Assembly: GCA_037444365.1 (NCBI GenBank)
Contig: JBBIMO010000002.1
Coordinates: 7,871 to 71,870 of the forward strand
Source of the DNA: Chloroflexota bacterium
GTDB lineage: Bacteria > Chloroflexota > Dehalococcoidia > GIF9 > AB-539-J10
Length of the DNA: 64,000 nucleotides
Direction of reading: 5' to 3'
Of the stretch, positions 49,300 to 59,545 are shown piece after piece; position 1 is the first letter of the stretch, and each line of letters starts with the position of its first letter. Under the pieces are notes generated by a model. It did not search any database. It was not told the origin of the DNA and worked only from the letters and a program-made list of their open reading frames with translations. Made by a program: the position numbers and the translations under genes.

Positions 49300-50575
49300 A
49301 TCTAAGCTCTTGACCTATTGGAATCCTGGCCCAAACCGTGGTTCCCGCTCCAATCTTGGACTCGACGCCACTCGTGCCGCCGAGAAAGCCGATCCTCTCT
49401 CTCATGCTGAACAACCCACGGCCTCGCCCAGTTTCCTCTACGTCAGTGAGTCTGGAAACATCAAATCCCTGTCCATCGTCTCGAATAGTCAACGAGAACT
49501 CGTCTGGTTGATACGCCAGGACTATGGAGACGTTCTTTGCCTGAGAATGCTTGATAATGTTGCCAACGGAACCCTGAATAACGCGAAAGAGAGCAGCTTC
49601 CACATCAGGAGGAAAGCGCATTTCAGTCCCTTTCAGCTCCACTGAAGCGCTAATGTTCAGGGGCTGGAGAGTGTTCTTGACGTGTTGGCGAGCAGCAGCG
49701 ACTAACCCCAACGTATCCAGGACAGTAGGGTGGAGGTTGGAAATCACCCTGCTTACCTCCTTGTGTACCTGCACTGTCAGCGCCTGGACTTTCTTTAGTC
49801 CAGCGATAAGCTGAGTGTCCGGATTGGCGGACTTTGAATAGATTTCTATCAACGCTTCCAGCTGAAGTGCTATGCCGGAAAGCGATTGACTGGTCTCATC
49901 GTGTAGCTCACGGGCGATCCTTCGCCGTTCTTCCTCTTCGGCTACAAGGTTCTGTCGCGCAAGCTTGCGTAGTCTTTCCCGCGCTTTTCTCAGCCGCTCG
50001 TAGAGCATTGCCTGCTCAATAGCTGTGCCAAGCTGGTCTCCAATCGTGTGCAGGAGATGCACATCTTCTTTGGTGAAGCGATGCGGCACATGGCTGGCAA
50101 CATTCATCACTCCCAGGACGGTATCTTTGGCTCGCAGGGGGACGCTCACAAACGCCCTTAGACCTTCTGAACCTATCAAGTCAAGCCGGGCGGCAGACGG
50201 CTCCGATGAAATGTCCTCCAGCAGCACTGACCTGCCGCTTTGGGCTACCTTTCCCGCAATTCCCTCGCCAAGTTTAAGGTGCATCTCTTCAGCATACTTA
50301 TCAGACAGACCGTGATAAACTCGATAGGACAGCATCTGACTCGATTCACTCAGCAGCATTATTCCCCCGACAGTCCCATTCATGATATTGAGCACATTGT
50401 CGAGGCCGATTTTGAGAATAGTGTCTAAGTCCTGCAGACCGCTGATTGCCGCCGAGACTCGACTCAAAGCCACAAGGTCATTGTAGTGTTTCTCAGCCTT
50501 GTTGCCTTGATCAGACAGACTCGTGTCAGGACTAGCTGAATCGGGGGCTTGATTGACTCCCTTGCCATTTTTCAT
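49271..50575 (-). CDS. GAF-domain sensor histidine kinase (HisKA_3/NarX-type).
   Basis: It has a GAF region followed by ARELHDETSQSLSGI (the His box of the HisKA_3 family) and an HATPase G-box. It overlaps the response regulator start by 29 bp. Confidence 0.8.
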   Translation of the reverse strand: MKNGKGVNQAPDSASPDTSLSDQGNKAEKHYNDLVALSRVSAAISGLQDLDTILKIGLDNVLNIMNGTVGGIMLLSESSQMLSYRVYHGLSDKYAEEMHLKLGEGIAGKVAQSGRSVLLEDISSEPSAARLDLIGSEGLRAFVSVPLRAKDTVLGVMNVASHVPHRFTKEDVHLLHTIGDQLGTAIEQAMLYERLRKARERLRKLARQNLVAEEEERRRIARELHDETSQSLSGIALQLEALIEIYSKSANPDTQLIAGLKKVQALTVQVHKEVSRVISNLHPTVLDTLGLVAAARQHVKNTLQPLNISASVELKGTEMRFPPDVEAALFRVIQGSVGNIIKHSQAKNVSIVLAYQPDEFSLTIRDDGQGFDVSRLTDVEETGRGRGLFSMRERIGFLGGTSGVESKIGAGTTVWARIPIGQELRYGKDKSAGD

Positions 50576-50903
50576 CGTCCTGCCCTCACAGAAGTATCCC
50601 CGGACCTTCAGGAGCTAGCGAGGAAACTCACAAAATGCTTCGTCGCTGACAGAGATACTTTACCTTCAGATAAGACTATACAAAATCATCACCTTTTGCA
50701 ACCTGTCGCGTTTGCTGCGATTAAGCCACACATCACCTTCCCTTCAAGATATGGGCGTCATCTCACCTTGCGATCAGGCTGAGGGTTTCCTGGGGTCACA
50801 CGAATGGAGCGACTGCGTCATCTTCAGGCATCGCCCAGCGCTTTTCACTACGTTTGTGTGCCACATAGTAAATCTGGCTTGCCGGCCGGAGCCCCGGCGC
50901 AGG

Positions 50904-50995
<92 letters not shown>

Positions 50996-50996
50996 G

Positions 50997-51084
50997 CGGA
51001 GAGGGTGGGATTCGAACCCACGCTCCGATATAATCGGAGACCGCTTTTCGAGAGCGGCACCATAATCCTCTCGGTCACCTCTCC
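50997..51084 (-). tRNA. tRNA-Ser (anticodon CGA), class II. No CCA is encoded.
   Basis: The reverse complement has acceptor GGAGAGG/CCTCTCC, anticodon stem CCGCT/AGCGG with loop CTCGAAA, and the same T-arm. A single nucleotide separates it from the other tRNA-Ser. Confidence 0.8.
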
Positions 51085-51196
51085 TTGATTTGTAGCCAAT
51101 TATACCACATGGGGTATCTGTGGCTGGCTGGTACTTGGCAGGCTTCCTTTCTACCGAGTATAATTGCGCTACTGTGCTTAATTCTAGGAGCTGCTT

Positions 51197-52204
51197 TTGA
51201 TTTGGGTCCAGTTTGCCCTTTGTCTGGGCGCAATCTCATTTGCCGGAACAAAGCTAAGTCTCTATGGTGACGCCATCGCCGAAAAGACTGGATTGGGGCG
51301 AATATGGATAGGCCTGGTGCTTATCTCTGCTGTTACCACTATGCCCGAGCTGGTCACTTCAATTAGCTCTGTGGCACTGGTGCGCTCGGCTGATTTGGCT
51401 CTGGGCACCGTTCTGGGAAGTTGCCCTTTCAATCTTTCCATCGTAGCTTTGCTGGATGTTCTCCACCGGGCGACTCCGGTTCTGTCTGTGGCGAGCCGGA
51501 GGCATGCCATAACAGCCGGTTGGGGAGCATTGCTCATTGCCATCGTTGGCACAGGCATAGTCGCAGGCGACAGGTCTTCTTTCCTCGCCTCAAGCTGGGT
51601 GGGCATCCCGAGCATTGCTATTCTCATACTGTTTTTGCTGGGAATGTGGTGGATATTCCGTCAGGAACGCGGTGAGCAATTGAAGGCTGACCTGGCTCTC
51701 GGTCCGCAGTATGAAAACCTGAATGCAAGGACAGTGCATCTCAGATTTGCGCTGGCAGCAGCGGTGATAATTGCTGCCGGAATTTGGCTGTCATATATTG
51801 GCGATGAAATCAGCCAATCTACCGGTTGGGGAGGAAGCTTTGTCGGAAATCTGTTTTTGGCGATCACTACCTCGGCGCCGGAGTTAGTGGTGGCTATTAG
51901 TGCCGTTCGTATAGGTGCCATAGATTTGACAGTGGGCAATATACTGGGCGCCAATATGCTGGATATCGCTGCGATTTTTCCACTTGATCTTGTGGATGGT
52001 AGAGGCTCTATTCTCTCCTCGGTTTCCAGAAGTCATCTTATTGTTGTTTTGGTAGCAGTGCTGATGAGTCTTGTGGTTGCTGTTGGGCTCAGGTTCCGGC
52101 AAGAGCGCAAAGGTTTCAGAGTGGTTAGCTGGTATGCACCCATTCTGGTTGCGCTCTATATTTTCGGCTCCTATGCCTTGTTTAGGTCGGTCACCGGTTT
52201 ATGA
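51197..52204 (+). CDS. Ca2+/cation antiporter (CaCA family, YrbG-like) membrane protein.
   Basis: It has two alpha-repeat motifs (G...PELVTSISS and GTSAPELVVAISA) in a roughly 10-TM protein. Confidence 0.75.
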   Translation: MIWVQFALCLGAISFAGTKLSLYGDAIAEKTGLGRIWIGLVLISAVTTMPELVTSISSVALVRSADLALGTVLGSCPFNLSIVALLDVLHRATPVLSVASRRHAITAGWGALLIAIVGTGIVAGDRSSFLASSWVGIPSIAILILFLLGMWWIFRQERGEQLKADLALGPQYENLNARTVHLRFALAAAVIIAAGIWLSYIGDEISQSTGWGGSFVGNLFLAITTSAPELVVAISAVRIGAIDLTVGNILGANMLDIAAIFPLDLVDGRGSILSSVSRSHLIVVLVAVLMSLVVAVGLRFRQERKGFRVVSWYAPILVALYIFGSYALFRSVTGL

Positions 52205-52225
52205 TAGACTATCGAAGATTAAGCG

Positions 52226-52297
52226 GCCCCTGTAGCTCAGAGGATAGAGCACTGGCCTCCGGAGCCAGGTGCAAGGGTTCGAGTCCCTTCAGGGGCG
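52226..52297 (+). tRNA. tRNA-Arg (anticodon CCG).
   Basis: The acceptor is GCCCCTG/CAGGGGC, the D-arm is GCTC/GAGC, the anticodon stem is CTGGC/GCCAG with loop CTCCGGA, and the T-arm is AAGGG-TTCGAGT-CCCTT. Confidence 0.85.
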
Positions 52298-52401
52298 CTT
52301 TGCAATTGGGACTGCTTAGTCAGGTAGCGACAACAGCGTGCAGAATTGAGTGGGAAACCGAAGTTGAGCAGCTTCTCTTCACGATATGGAGGTTTTGAGT
52401 C

Positions 52402-53280
52402 ATGAGTGAGCTTCTTGAGATAAGATGGCATGGCCGAGGAGGGCAGGGGGCAGTAACCTCGGCTGAATTAGTAGCTTTGGCTGCTATCGAAGAGGGTAAG
52501 TTCGCTCAAGCCTTTCCCAGCTTCGGTCCGGAGAGAAGAGGCGCGCCCGTGCTTGCCTTCAACCGCATCAGTCCAGACCAGCCCATCAGAACTAGAACCA
52601 CAGTAGAACATCCTGATATTGTTGTTGTGCTGGATACCACCCTGCTCTCTATTGTTGATGTTACCTCTGGCCTCAAGGAAGACGGTACGATCATAGTGAA
52701 CACCCACAAGGCTGCCGCTGACGCAAAGTCGGAATTAGGCAATCATTGGCGAATAGCTGTGGTCAATGCCACCGCTATTGCTCGGGAGACTCTGGGCGCG
52801 CCTATTGTCAATACAACCATGCTGGGCGCTCTTGTCAAAGCCACGAGAGTGGTGGAGATGGAATCTCTTGCCGAACCTATTAAAGAGCGTTTCGGGCTTA
52901 GAGCCAAGGTCAACATTGATGCCTGTCGCCGGGCTTATCAGGAAACATCTGTTTTTGAGCGTGAGACTGCAGCAACCAAACGACGCAAGGCATTTCAGGC
53001 GGAGAGACTCCTTTCCTGGCGGGAGCTACTTGTGGGGTGCGTTGTCGCCGAGTCGGGCAGCGCCAGCCAGTACCGGACCGGGGACTGGAGATCGCAGCAT
53101 CCTGTCTGGGATTACGAAAAGTGCAATAGTTGTGGTCTCTGCTACCTCTTTTGCCCTGAGTTTTGTGTTAAGCTGAATAAAGAAGAATGTTTTGAAGCCG
53201 ACCTCTATTACTGCAAAGGCTGCGGCATATGCAGTCAGGAGTGCCCGAAGCAGGCCATAAGTATGGTTCAGGAGAGCTGA
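52402..53280 (+). CDS. porG: 2-Oxoacid:ferredoxin oxidoreductase, fused gamma (N-terminal) and delta (C-terminal 2x[4Fe-4S] ferredoxin) subunits.
   Basis: It has the PorG-like N-terminus (WHGRGGQGAVTSAELVALAA) and C-terminal CNSCGLCYLFCPE...CKGCGICSQECP. Confidence 0.8.
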   Translation: MSELLEIRWHGRGGQGAVTSAELVALAAIEEGKFAQAFPSFGPERRGAPVLAFNRISPDQPIRTRTTVEHPDIVVVLDTTLLSIVDVTSGLKEDGTIIVNTHKAAADAKSELGNHWRIAVVNATAIARETLGAPIVNTTMLGALVKATRVVEMESLAEPIKERFGLRAKVNIDACRRAYQETSVFERETAATKRRKAFQAERLLSWRELLVGCVVAESGSASQYRTGDWRSQHPVWDYEKCNSCGLCYLFCPEFCVKLNKEECFEADLYYCKGCGICSQECPKQAISMVQES

Positions 53281-53281
53281 A

Positions 53282-54451
53282 ATGAAAAGAGTTGGTATGG
53301 AAGGTTGTTCTGCTGTTGCTGAGGCAGTCAAGTTAGCCAGAGCTGATGTTGTTGCTGCCTACCCCATTACCCCACAGAGCCACATAGCTGAACGTCTGGC
53401 TGAAATGGTGGCTAACGGCGAACTGGATGCCGATTATATCCCTGTTGAGTCAGAACACTCAGCTATGAGTGCCTGTCTTGGGTCTTCTGCCGTTGGCTCC
53501 AGGACTTTCACTGCTACTGCCGGACAGGGATTGGAACTGATGCACGAAGTCCTTTACGTCGCCTCATCCCTGCGTCTTCCCATAGTTATGGTTGTGACCA
53601 ATCGAGCTCTCTCAGGACCGCTAAACGTCTGGGGGGACCATTCTGATGTCATGGCTACACGCGACTGCGGCTGGATTCAGGTCTTCGCCGAAAATGTCCA
53701 GCAAGCCTTTGACCTTACCTTGTGTGCCTTCCGCATTGGCGAAGACCAGAAAGTCCTCTTTCCGGTAATGGTCCATATTGATGGGTTTCATCTGTCGCAT
53801 GTTGTTGAATCCCTGTGCCTTGTTGAGCAGGAAAAGGTTGACAAATTCCTTCCCCCTTATCACCATCCCTATGCTCTTAATCCGGACAAGCCGGTGACTA
53901 TGGGAGCTTATGCAGCGCCCAATTACTACACGGAAGCCAGGAAATCTCAGGATGTGGCTTTGCGAGCTGCTCACACAACAATTCTGAGGGTATGGGAGGA
54001 GTTTGGGAAAATTACCGGGCGTTCCTATTCACCGGTGGAAAGCTATGAGAGCCAGGATGCCGAGGTGCTATTGGTAGCCCAGGGCAGCTATAGTGAAACG
54101 GCCATGCTAGCCATAGACAAATTGAGAGCGGCCGGTCACAGAGTGGGACTGATCAGGTTACGCCTGTGGCGTCCTTTTCCCCTTAACGAATTGCGGAGAT
54201 CTGTAGCCAAAGCTCAACTCCTTGTTGTGCTTGACCGAGCTTTCTCCTATGGTGGTCCAGCACCGCTTTGCTCCGAGGTACAGGCGGCTCTCTGTCCTTT
54301 GGCTACAAGACCAAAGGTGGTCAGTTTCGTTGGCGGTCTCGGGGGCAGGGATATTTCGACTGAAACCTTTGAAGAGATGATACTTCGTGGCATCGACAGG
54401 GGTCGTCAAGGGGAACTTGACGAGCTGGAAGTCATTGGGGTGAGGGAATAA
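53282..54451 (+). CDS. porA: 2-Oxoacid:ferredoxin oxidoreductase alpha subunit.
   Basis: It has MEGCSAVAEAVKLARADVVAAYPITPQS...TATAGQGL, typical of PorA/VorA. Confidence 0.85.
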   Translation: MKRVGMEGCSAVAEAVKLARADVVAAYPITPQSHIAERLAEMVANGELDADYIPVESEHSAMSACLGSSAVGSRTFTATAGQGLELMHEVLYVASSLRLPIVMVVTNRALSGPLNVWGDHSDVMATRDCGWIQVFAENVQQAFDLTLCAFRIGEDQKVLFPVMVHIDGFHLSHVVESLCLVEQEKVDKFLPPYHHPYALNPDKPVTMGAYAAPNYYTEARKSQDVALRAAHTTILRVWEEFGKITGRSYSPVESYESQDAEVLLVAQGSYSETAMLAIDKLRAAGHRVGLIRLRLWRPFPLNELRRSVAKAQLLVVLDRAFSYGGPAPLCSEVQAALCPLATRPKVVSFVGGLGGRDISTETFEEMILRGIDRGRQGELDELEVIGVRE

Positions 54452-55380
54452 TGAAAACTACGAAGAGCGTACCTCGTCGAATCCGTGATCTGATGGCAAT
54501 TGAGGAGTTCTTTGCGTCTGGACACCGAGCTTGCGTTGGCTGTGGTCAGGCAGTAGCCATCAGACTCGTCTGTAAGGCTCTCGGCCAAGATACAATCATT
54601 GTTAACCCTACTGGCTGTACTGAAATCATCTCATCCCTGTTCCCCCAAACCTCGTGGAGAGTACCCTGGATTCATACTCTATTTGATAACACAGGGGCAG
54701 TGGCATCAGGAGTAGAAGCTGGCTTGAAAGTTTTGACTCGAAAGGGCAGATACTCCAGGAGCACTAAGGTTGTTGCCATGGCTGGCGATGGTGGCACTGC
54801 TGATATTGGCCTGCAAGCACTCTCAGGGGCCCTGGAAAGGGGACATAACTTCATATACGTCTGTTACGATAACGAAGCTTATATGAATACCGGAATTCAA
54901 AGGTCAGGCTCCACTCCTTATGGAGCTTCCACTACCACGGCACCTGCCGGCAAACTTAGCATTGGCCAGACTACCTGGAAGAAGAATATGCCAGCTATTG
55001 CCGCTGCCCATGATATCCCTTACGTAGCTACCGCTTGTTCCAGTTATCCTTTTGACCTGATGAACAAAGTTAAGAAAGCCAAGGAAATCAATGGTCCTTC
55101 ATATATCCACATTCTGTCGGTGTGCCCCACCGGCTGGCGGGCGTCTCCTGATTTGGTGGTCAGGCTGGGACGATTGGCTGTGGAAACAGGCATATTTCCA
55201 CTATACGAGATAGAAGGAGACAAGTACACTCTGAATTACGACTTCCCTCAGCTGCGTCCTGTGCAGGAGTACTTTCAGCTCCAGGGCAGATTCAGGCATC
55301 TGTCTGCTGACATGATGGCCCAGATACAAGGCAGAGTGAACAGCGAATTTGCCAAGCTCAAGGAAAAGGCTGCAAGGTAG
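54451..55380 (+). CDS. porB: 2-Oxoacid:ferredoxin oxidoreductase beta subunit (TPP-binding).
   Basis: It has the Cys cluster and the TPP motif (GDGGTADIG). Its start overlaps the alpha-subunit stop. Confidence 0.85.
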   Translation: MKTTKSVPRRIRDLMAIEEFFASGHRACVGCGQAVAIRLVCKALGQDTIIVNPTGCTEIISSLFPQTSWRVPWIHTLFDNTGAVASGVEAGLKVLTRKGRYSRSTKVVAMAGDGGTADIGLQALSGALERGHNFIYVCYDNEAYMNTGIQRSGSTPYGASTTTAPAGKLSIGQTTWKKNMPAIAAAHDIPYVATACSSYPFDLMNKVKKAKEINGPSYIHILSVCPTGWRASPDLVVRLGRLAVETGIFPLYEIEGDKYTLNYDFPQLRPVQEYFQLQGRFRHLSADMMAQIQGRVNSEFAKLKEKAAR

Positions 55381-55578
55381 TCGCTGTTATTGGCAAACAC
55401 AATATCGTCTCTGGGCGAATAGTATCTATGCCGCAGGATGTCCAGACACAGTGTAGGACAGATTATTCGTAGCTATGGCGATCCATTCAATATCCGCCGC
55501 AGTTGCGAGTGGAAATTTCCTTGACCAGCTTGACTTATGTAAGTTATATTCTCCCCGGCGGGGTGTGGCGCAGCGGCT

Positions 55579-55651
55579 AGCGCGCATGGTTTGGGACCAT
55601 GAGGTCGGTGGTTCAAATCCACTCACCCCGACCATAGAACTCAAGTCTCCT
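55579..55651 (+). tRNA. tRNA-Pro (anticodon TGG).
   Basis: The acceptor is CGGGGTG/CACCCCG, the anticodon stem is CATGG/CCATG with loop TTTGGGA, and the T-arm is identical to that of tRNA-Pro(GGG). Confidence 0.85.
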
Positions 55652-55926
55652 CACTTGTCAGCGGTTTTTCGTGCCGTTTGATCTCTTCTCAGCTGCACCA
55701 CTGAAGGCGGAGATGGATCTGCCGCTCAGCATTTGCAGAGGCTCTGAAAGTTGCGAGTGAGCCAGACGGTCTCATGAGGTAACACTCCGCCTCCTTGTTA
55801 CTTCACATTCCTGGCTTCTGGTAGGTGCTCCGCATTCCTGCGGATTGCTGGAATAGTGAGAGGTCAAAACTTGACATGTGAGCTATACTGTAGGGGAATT
55901 GCATCGTAGCTTTGGAGGTGTACGTA

Positions 55927-56130
55927 ATGGGTTACTACAGTGAGAAGATGGAGAAACTGAGAAACCAGCCAAATCGCTATTTCCTGTTGTTCGTCACAGC
56001 TAAGGTGCTGGGTGGAATAGGCATAGGTATACTCCTGGCAAATTGGCTGTCCGTGTGGACTTGGTGGGTTTTTGTGGTCATTGCTTGCGTAGTAGCGATT
56101 CCCGTTGCTTGGAAGGTTTTTGGCAAGTAA
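55927..56130 (+). CDS. Small hypothetical membrane protein (2 TM).
   Basis: An RBS (GGAGGTG) lies upstream. There are two hydrophobic helices and no recognisable family. Confidence 0.35.
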   Translation: MGYYSEKMEKLRNQPNRYFLLFVTAKVLGGIGIGILLANWLSVWTWWVFVVIACVVAIPVAWKVFGK

Positions 56131-56345
56131 CGTTACTCAGGTTTGTTCAACAAAAACCCGGAATGATTGTTTCTACTTGCCGAGCAGTCACGAAGACCCT
56201 TTGACCGAAAGCCAAGCCAGTAATAGAATGGCGTGCGCAACAAGCTGGTGATTCCTGTTGGCCCGCAGAGGATTTGGGGACATCAGGCATAGGCCGCGCT
56301 TGGGGCGAGTCTGCAAATACAGCCTAAGGAGGATGCCACGAAAAC

Positions 56346-57230
56346 ATGAGACTTCAACCGTATCGCAAGAGAATTCTGCCGAAGGTGCTGAGCCTTGTGA
56401 ATGAAGCTGAGGCAGGATCATACGAATTCATCCCCTATACTGAGCAGAGTCTGGAGGCAGAGTTGAAAAGAGCGAGCCCAGTCCTGCTGGTCGCCGATGA
56501 CCAGGACCGCGTCGTCGGGCTCGCGTACCTTGGTCGGCAGTGGTATGGTGGCACCATCACGCTTCATGTGCGGCCTGGCGTGGGTCGGTGGGAGGTCGGT
56601 GCCCTTCTGCTCTCTTCTATCGAGCCACGGGCTCAAACCCAGGAACTGAGTACATATGTGGATAAGGCCGATCGTGAGCGGCTTGCCTTTTTCCTGGAGA
56701 GGGCGTATCGCCCCGAGAGCAGCTTCTACGAGATGATCGCCGCCCTTGATCGAAAGCGACGCCGCGGACGTCTGCCGACGGGCTGCGTGATTGACACTCT
56801 AAAGGCGGATGAAGAGGAGGCACTCATAGAACTGGCGAACACCGCCTATGTTGGAGAGCGGCTTCGGCCGGGGATTCTGACCCGGTGGCAAGCAGATGAC
56901 CCAGATTTCAACACAGATTGGATTCAGGTTGTCCGGTGTGACGGGCAGCTTGTAGCTGCTGTCGTGGCTCGATCGGACCGGGGATACAACGAACATTTTC
57001 AAGGCAACCGTGGCTATCTTGGCCCGGCGGCTACCCTCCCAAGCTACCGAGGGAAAGGTCTGAGCCAAGCCCTCACTGCCCAGGCGATGAACTTCCTGCG
57101 TGAGCGAGGTATGCGCACAGTCTGCCTGCACACGTGGGAGCGGAATAAGCCCGCCGTAAAGCTCACGACGAACCTGGGATTCCGTGTGGTGCATGAATGG
57201 AAGATCCTCAGCAAGAGGGTGGGGCGATGA
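56346..57230 (+). CDS. GNAT-family N-acetyltransferase (two-lobed, MshD-like architecture).
   Basis: It has a C-terminal acetyl-CoA motif (LGPAATLPSYRGKGLSQAL) and an N-terminal GNAT-like half. Confidence 0.65.
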   Translation: MRLQPYRKRILPKVLSLVNEAEAGSYEFIPYTEQSLEAELKRASPVLLVADDQDRVVGLAYLGRQWYGGTITLHVRPGVGRWEVGALLLSSIEPRAQTQELSTYVDKADRERLAFFLERAYRPESSFYEMIAALDRKRRRGRLPTGCVIDTLKADEEEALIELANTAYVGERLRPGILTRWQADDPDFNTDWIQVVRCDGQLVAAVVARSDRGYNEHFQGNRGYLGPAATLPSYRGKGLSQALTAQAMNFLRERGMRTVCLHTWERNKPAVKLTTNLGFRVVHEWKILSKRVGR

Positions 57231-57558
57231 TACTCAAGAAGCCGCATAACCAAAACAAATGACCACTCGCGACTTCGCTTCGACTAATTAGCCAGGTCTT
57301 GGTTGAGGCCTTTTCCCAATCTATCTTGGCACCCGAGATGCCCGCCCGGAGGTCGCTGACTTCGGCGAGCCGGTCACGTCAGCTCGTCTTCTCACTTCAT
57401 CACACAGTCTGGCAAAAAGCTGCGTCCAATTCGAGGGCAAGTCATTACGCCAAAGGGCAGTATTAGGCACCCGAAACGAAGAGAATTCGTGGTACCAGCT
57501 GGCCGATCTATGGCATATTGAAGAGGAAGGAAGAGCTGTATCAGGACGATTCAGAAGC

Positions 57559-58206
57559 ATGTCGCGAAGAGATAAGACCCGGAAGGCGATTCGTCGTGGA
57601 AAAGCTAAATCAAGGCAAACAGGCATCTGGTCAACCAGAAAGAAGCTGCTGATCGGGCTGTGTGCAGCTACTGGACTGGTTCTCATAGTTGTATTTGTCA
57701 TCATCCCTGGCTTGAAAGAAGATTCACAATCGCCTAAGAGGTACTCTGCACCACCACCGATGACCATCAATACAAGCAAGCAATACACTGCCACCATTGA
57801 AACTGCAAAAGGAGATCTTGTTCTCGATCTCTTCGCCAGCGATGTTCCGATAACAGTGAATAACTTCGTATTCCTTGCCCGCGAGAGGTTCTATGATGGC
57901 ACAATATTTCACCGGGTCATCCCCGGCTTTGTGGCTCAGGGAGGAGACCCTACCGGCACCGGGACTGGTACTCCCGGCTACAGATTTGATGACGAAATCA
58001 CCGAGCATACCCATGTTACGGGTGCCCTATCAATGGCTAATTCTGGTCCTAATACCAATGGTTGCCAGTTTTTCATTACCTATGCGCCTCAGCACCACCT
58101 CGACGGTAAGCACTCGGTGTTTGGTCAGCTGATAGAGGGAATGGACGTTCTGGAAAGGCTTGAGCCAGGCGATGTCATCATACGAATAAGGATAGATGAG
58201 GAATAG
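57559..58206 (+). CDS. Cyclophilin-type peptidyl-prolyl isomerase with an N-terminal membrane anchor.
   Basis: It has the cyclophilin core FHRVIPGFVAQGGDPTGTGTG...NGCQFFIT, preceded by a basic/TM segment. Confidence 0.85.
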   Translation: MSRRDKTRKAIRRGKAKSRQTGIWSTRKKLLIGLCAATGLVLIVVFVIIPGLKEDSQSPKRYSAPPPMTINTSKQYTATIETAKGDLVLDLFASDVPITVNNFVFLARERFYDGTIFHRVIPGFVAQGGDPTGTGTGTPGYRFDDEITEHTHVTGALSMANSGPNTNGCQFFITYAPQHHLDGKHSVFGQLIEGMDVLERLEPGDVIIRIRIDEE

Positions 58207-58535
58207 TTGACCGCGATGAGACTGCGCTTGCCAGCACTTTGCCTGAAGCTATCTTAGTCGTCATATTGCTGCAGCGCTGGGGCACCAGGCAAAAAACCTC
58301 ATAGAATAGGGCGTGTTGTCTAGCCCTGGTAACCATTACTTGAAATGTTACTCGGTTGCACAATGACCAAGACTGTTACTCCACCAGTAAGACAAGTTCA
58401 ACAGTAGTTTGTGTAGAACCTCTCACGCCGGCAAACGGTTACCGGGTTATTCATCCTTCTTGAATGACAGTTCACTGACACTCCGTCGATTTGAAATTCA
58501 CCTGGCGATGGCGTAATCTATGACTAATAGGAAAC

Positions 58536-59369
58536 ATGGATATCCCTTTCTCAAGATGGCACCCAGCAATCAAAGAGCGGAGGTCACGCAGGCAGTTCGA
58601 CCCAAACCGACCCATAGCACCAGTGGCCCTGTCAGCTCTGGACAAAGTCTGTAACGAGTTCACTCCATTTCCCCACGCACGGTCACGTCTTGTGACTGAA
58701 TCGGCGGGGAGCGTTTTCAAAGGCATTGTGGGAAGCTACGGCAAGGTCAAGCACGCCTCGGCCTTCATTGCCTTTGTCGGAAATATGGATGACCCATTTG
58801 TTCAGGAGGAGGTTGGCTACACGGGAGAGGGAATCATCTTAGAGGCGACAGCTTTGGGGTTGAATACGTGTTGGATTGCCGGCTTTTTCAGGCGGGAGAT
58901 TGTTGCCTCCCTCGTGAAAGTGAACGACAATGAGCAGGTGCTGGCCGTGACTCCGGTGGGCTATGCGCTGGCGTCCGAGTCATGGGTAGAGAAGATGATG
59001 ACCGGCTTCGGTCGATCACATCATCGTCTGCCAGTGTCTAGGTTGGTTAGAGGCTTGCCGAGGGAGAAGTGGCCTGACTGGGTGAACGCATGTCTGGAAG
59101 CTGCTAGACTCGCTCCCTCTGCTGTGAATCGTCAACCGTGGGGCTTCGACGTACAGGAAGATGGTATCACAGTTTTCGTAAGGACCGGCGGACCAGAGTT
59201 CAATGTCTCTAAACGTCTGGATTGCGGTATTGCGATGTTGCACCTAGAAGTGGCTGCTGCAGCCTGTGGTCGCAGGGGGCACTGGGAATTCCTGCCATCT
59301 CCACAGGTAGGCAAGTTTAAGCCCTATCCCCAAAGCGTTCTTTCGGCGTTGACGCAGTTTGGTCCATAG
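58536..59369 (+). CDS. Nitroreductase-family (FMN-dependent) protein.
   Basis: RRSRRQF at the N-terminus and ...ASAFIAFVG...GLNTCWIAGF are consistent with the nitroreductase fold. Confidence 0.45.
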   Translation: MDIPFSRWHPAIKERRSRRQFDPNRPIAPVALSALDKVCNEFTPFPHARSRLVTESAGSVFKGIVGSYGKVKHASAFIAFVGNMDDPFVQEEVGYTGEGIILEATALGLNTCWIAGFFRREIVASLVKVNDNEQVLAVTPVGYALASESWVEKMMTGFGRSHHRLPVSRLVRGLPREKWPDWVNACLEAARLAPSAVNRQPWGFDVQEDGITVFVRTGGPEFNVSKRLDCGIAMLHLEVAAAACGRRGHWEFLPSPQVGKFKPYPQSVLSALTQFGP

Positions 59370-59545
59370 TGAGAGCCAGGAATATTATCTGCGACCCGGC
59401 ATTCCAGCGTCTTGCTGGTTGAGACTTCAGAGCTTTGTTCCGAGGCTGGAGGTCGGCCTGCCTAGTCTTCGGTCTATTGACACAGGCCGCCTGCTGGTTT
59501 ACATTGCTGGTTGCTGGGACAGAGAAACATGTCCGGGAGGAAACC

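Noticed and set aside
59435-59545. A 37-codon N-terminal extension of the M20 peptidase in the track ORF.
   Set aside because: The extension is hydrophobic or odd and has no RBS. An internal GTG at 59546 has a GGGAGG RBS and gives a canonical 449-aa M20 enzyme. It could still be a signal peptide, so I flag it with low certainty.
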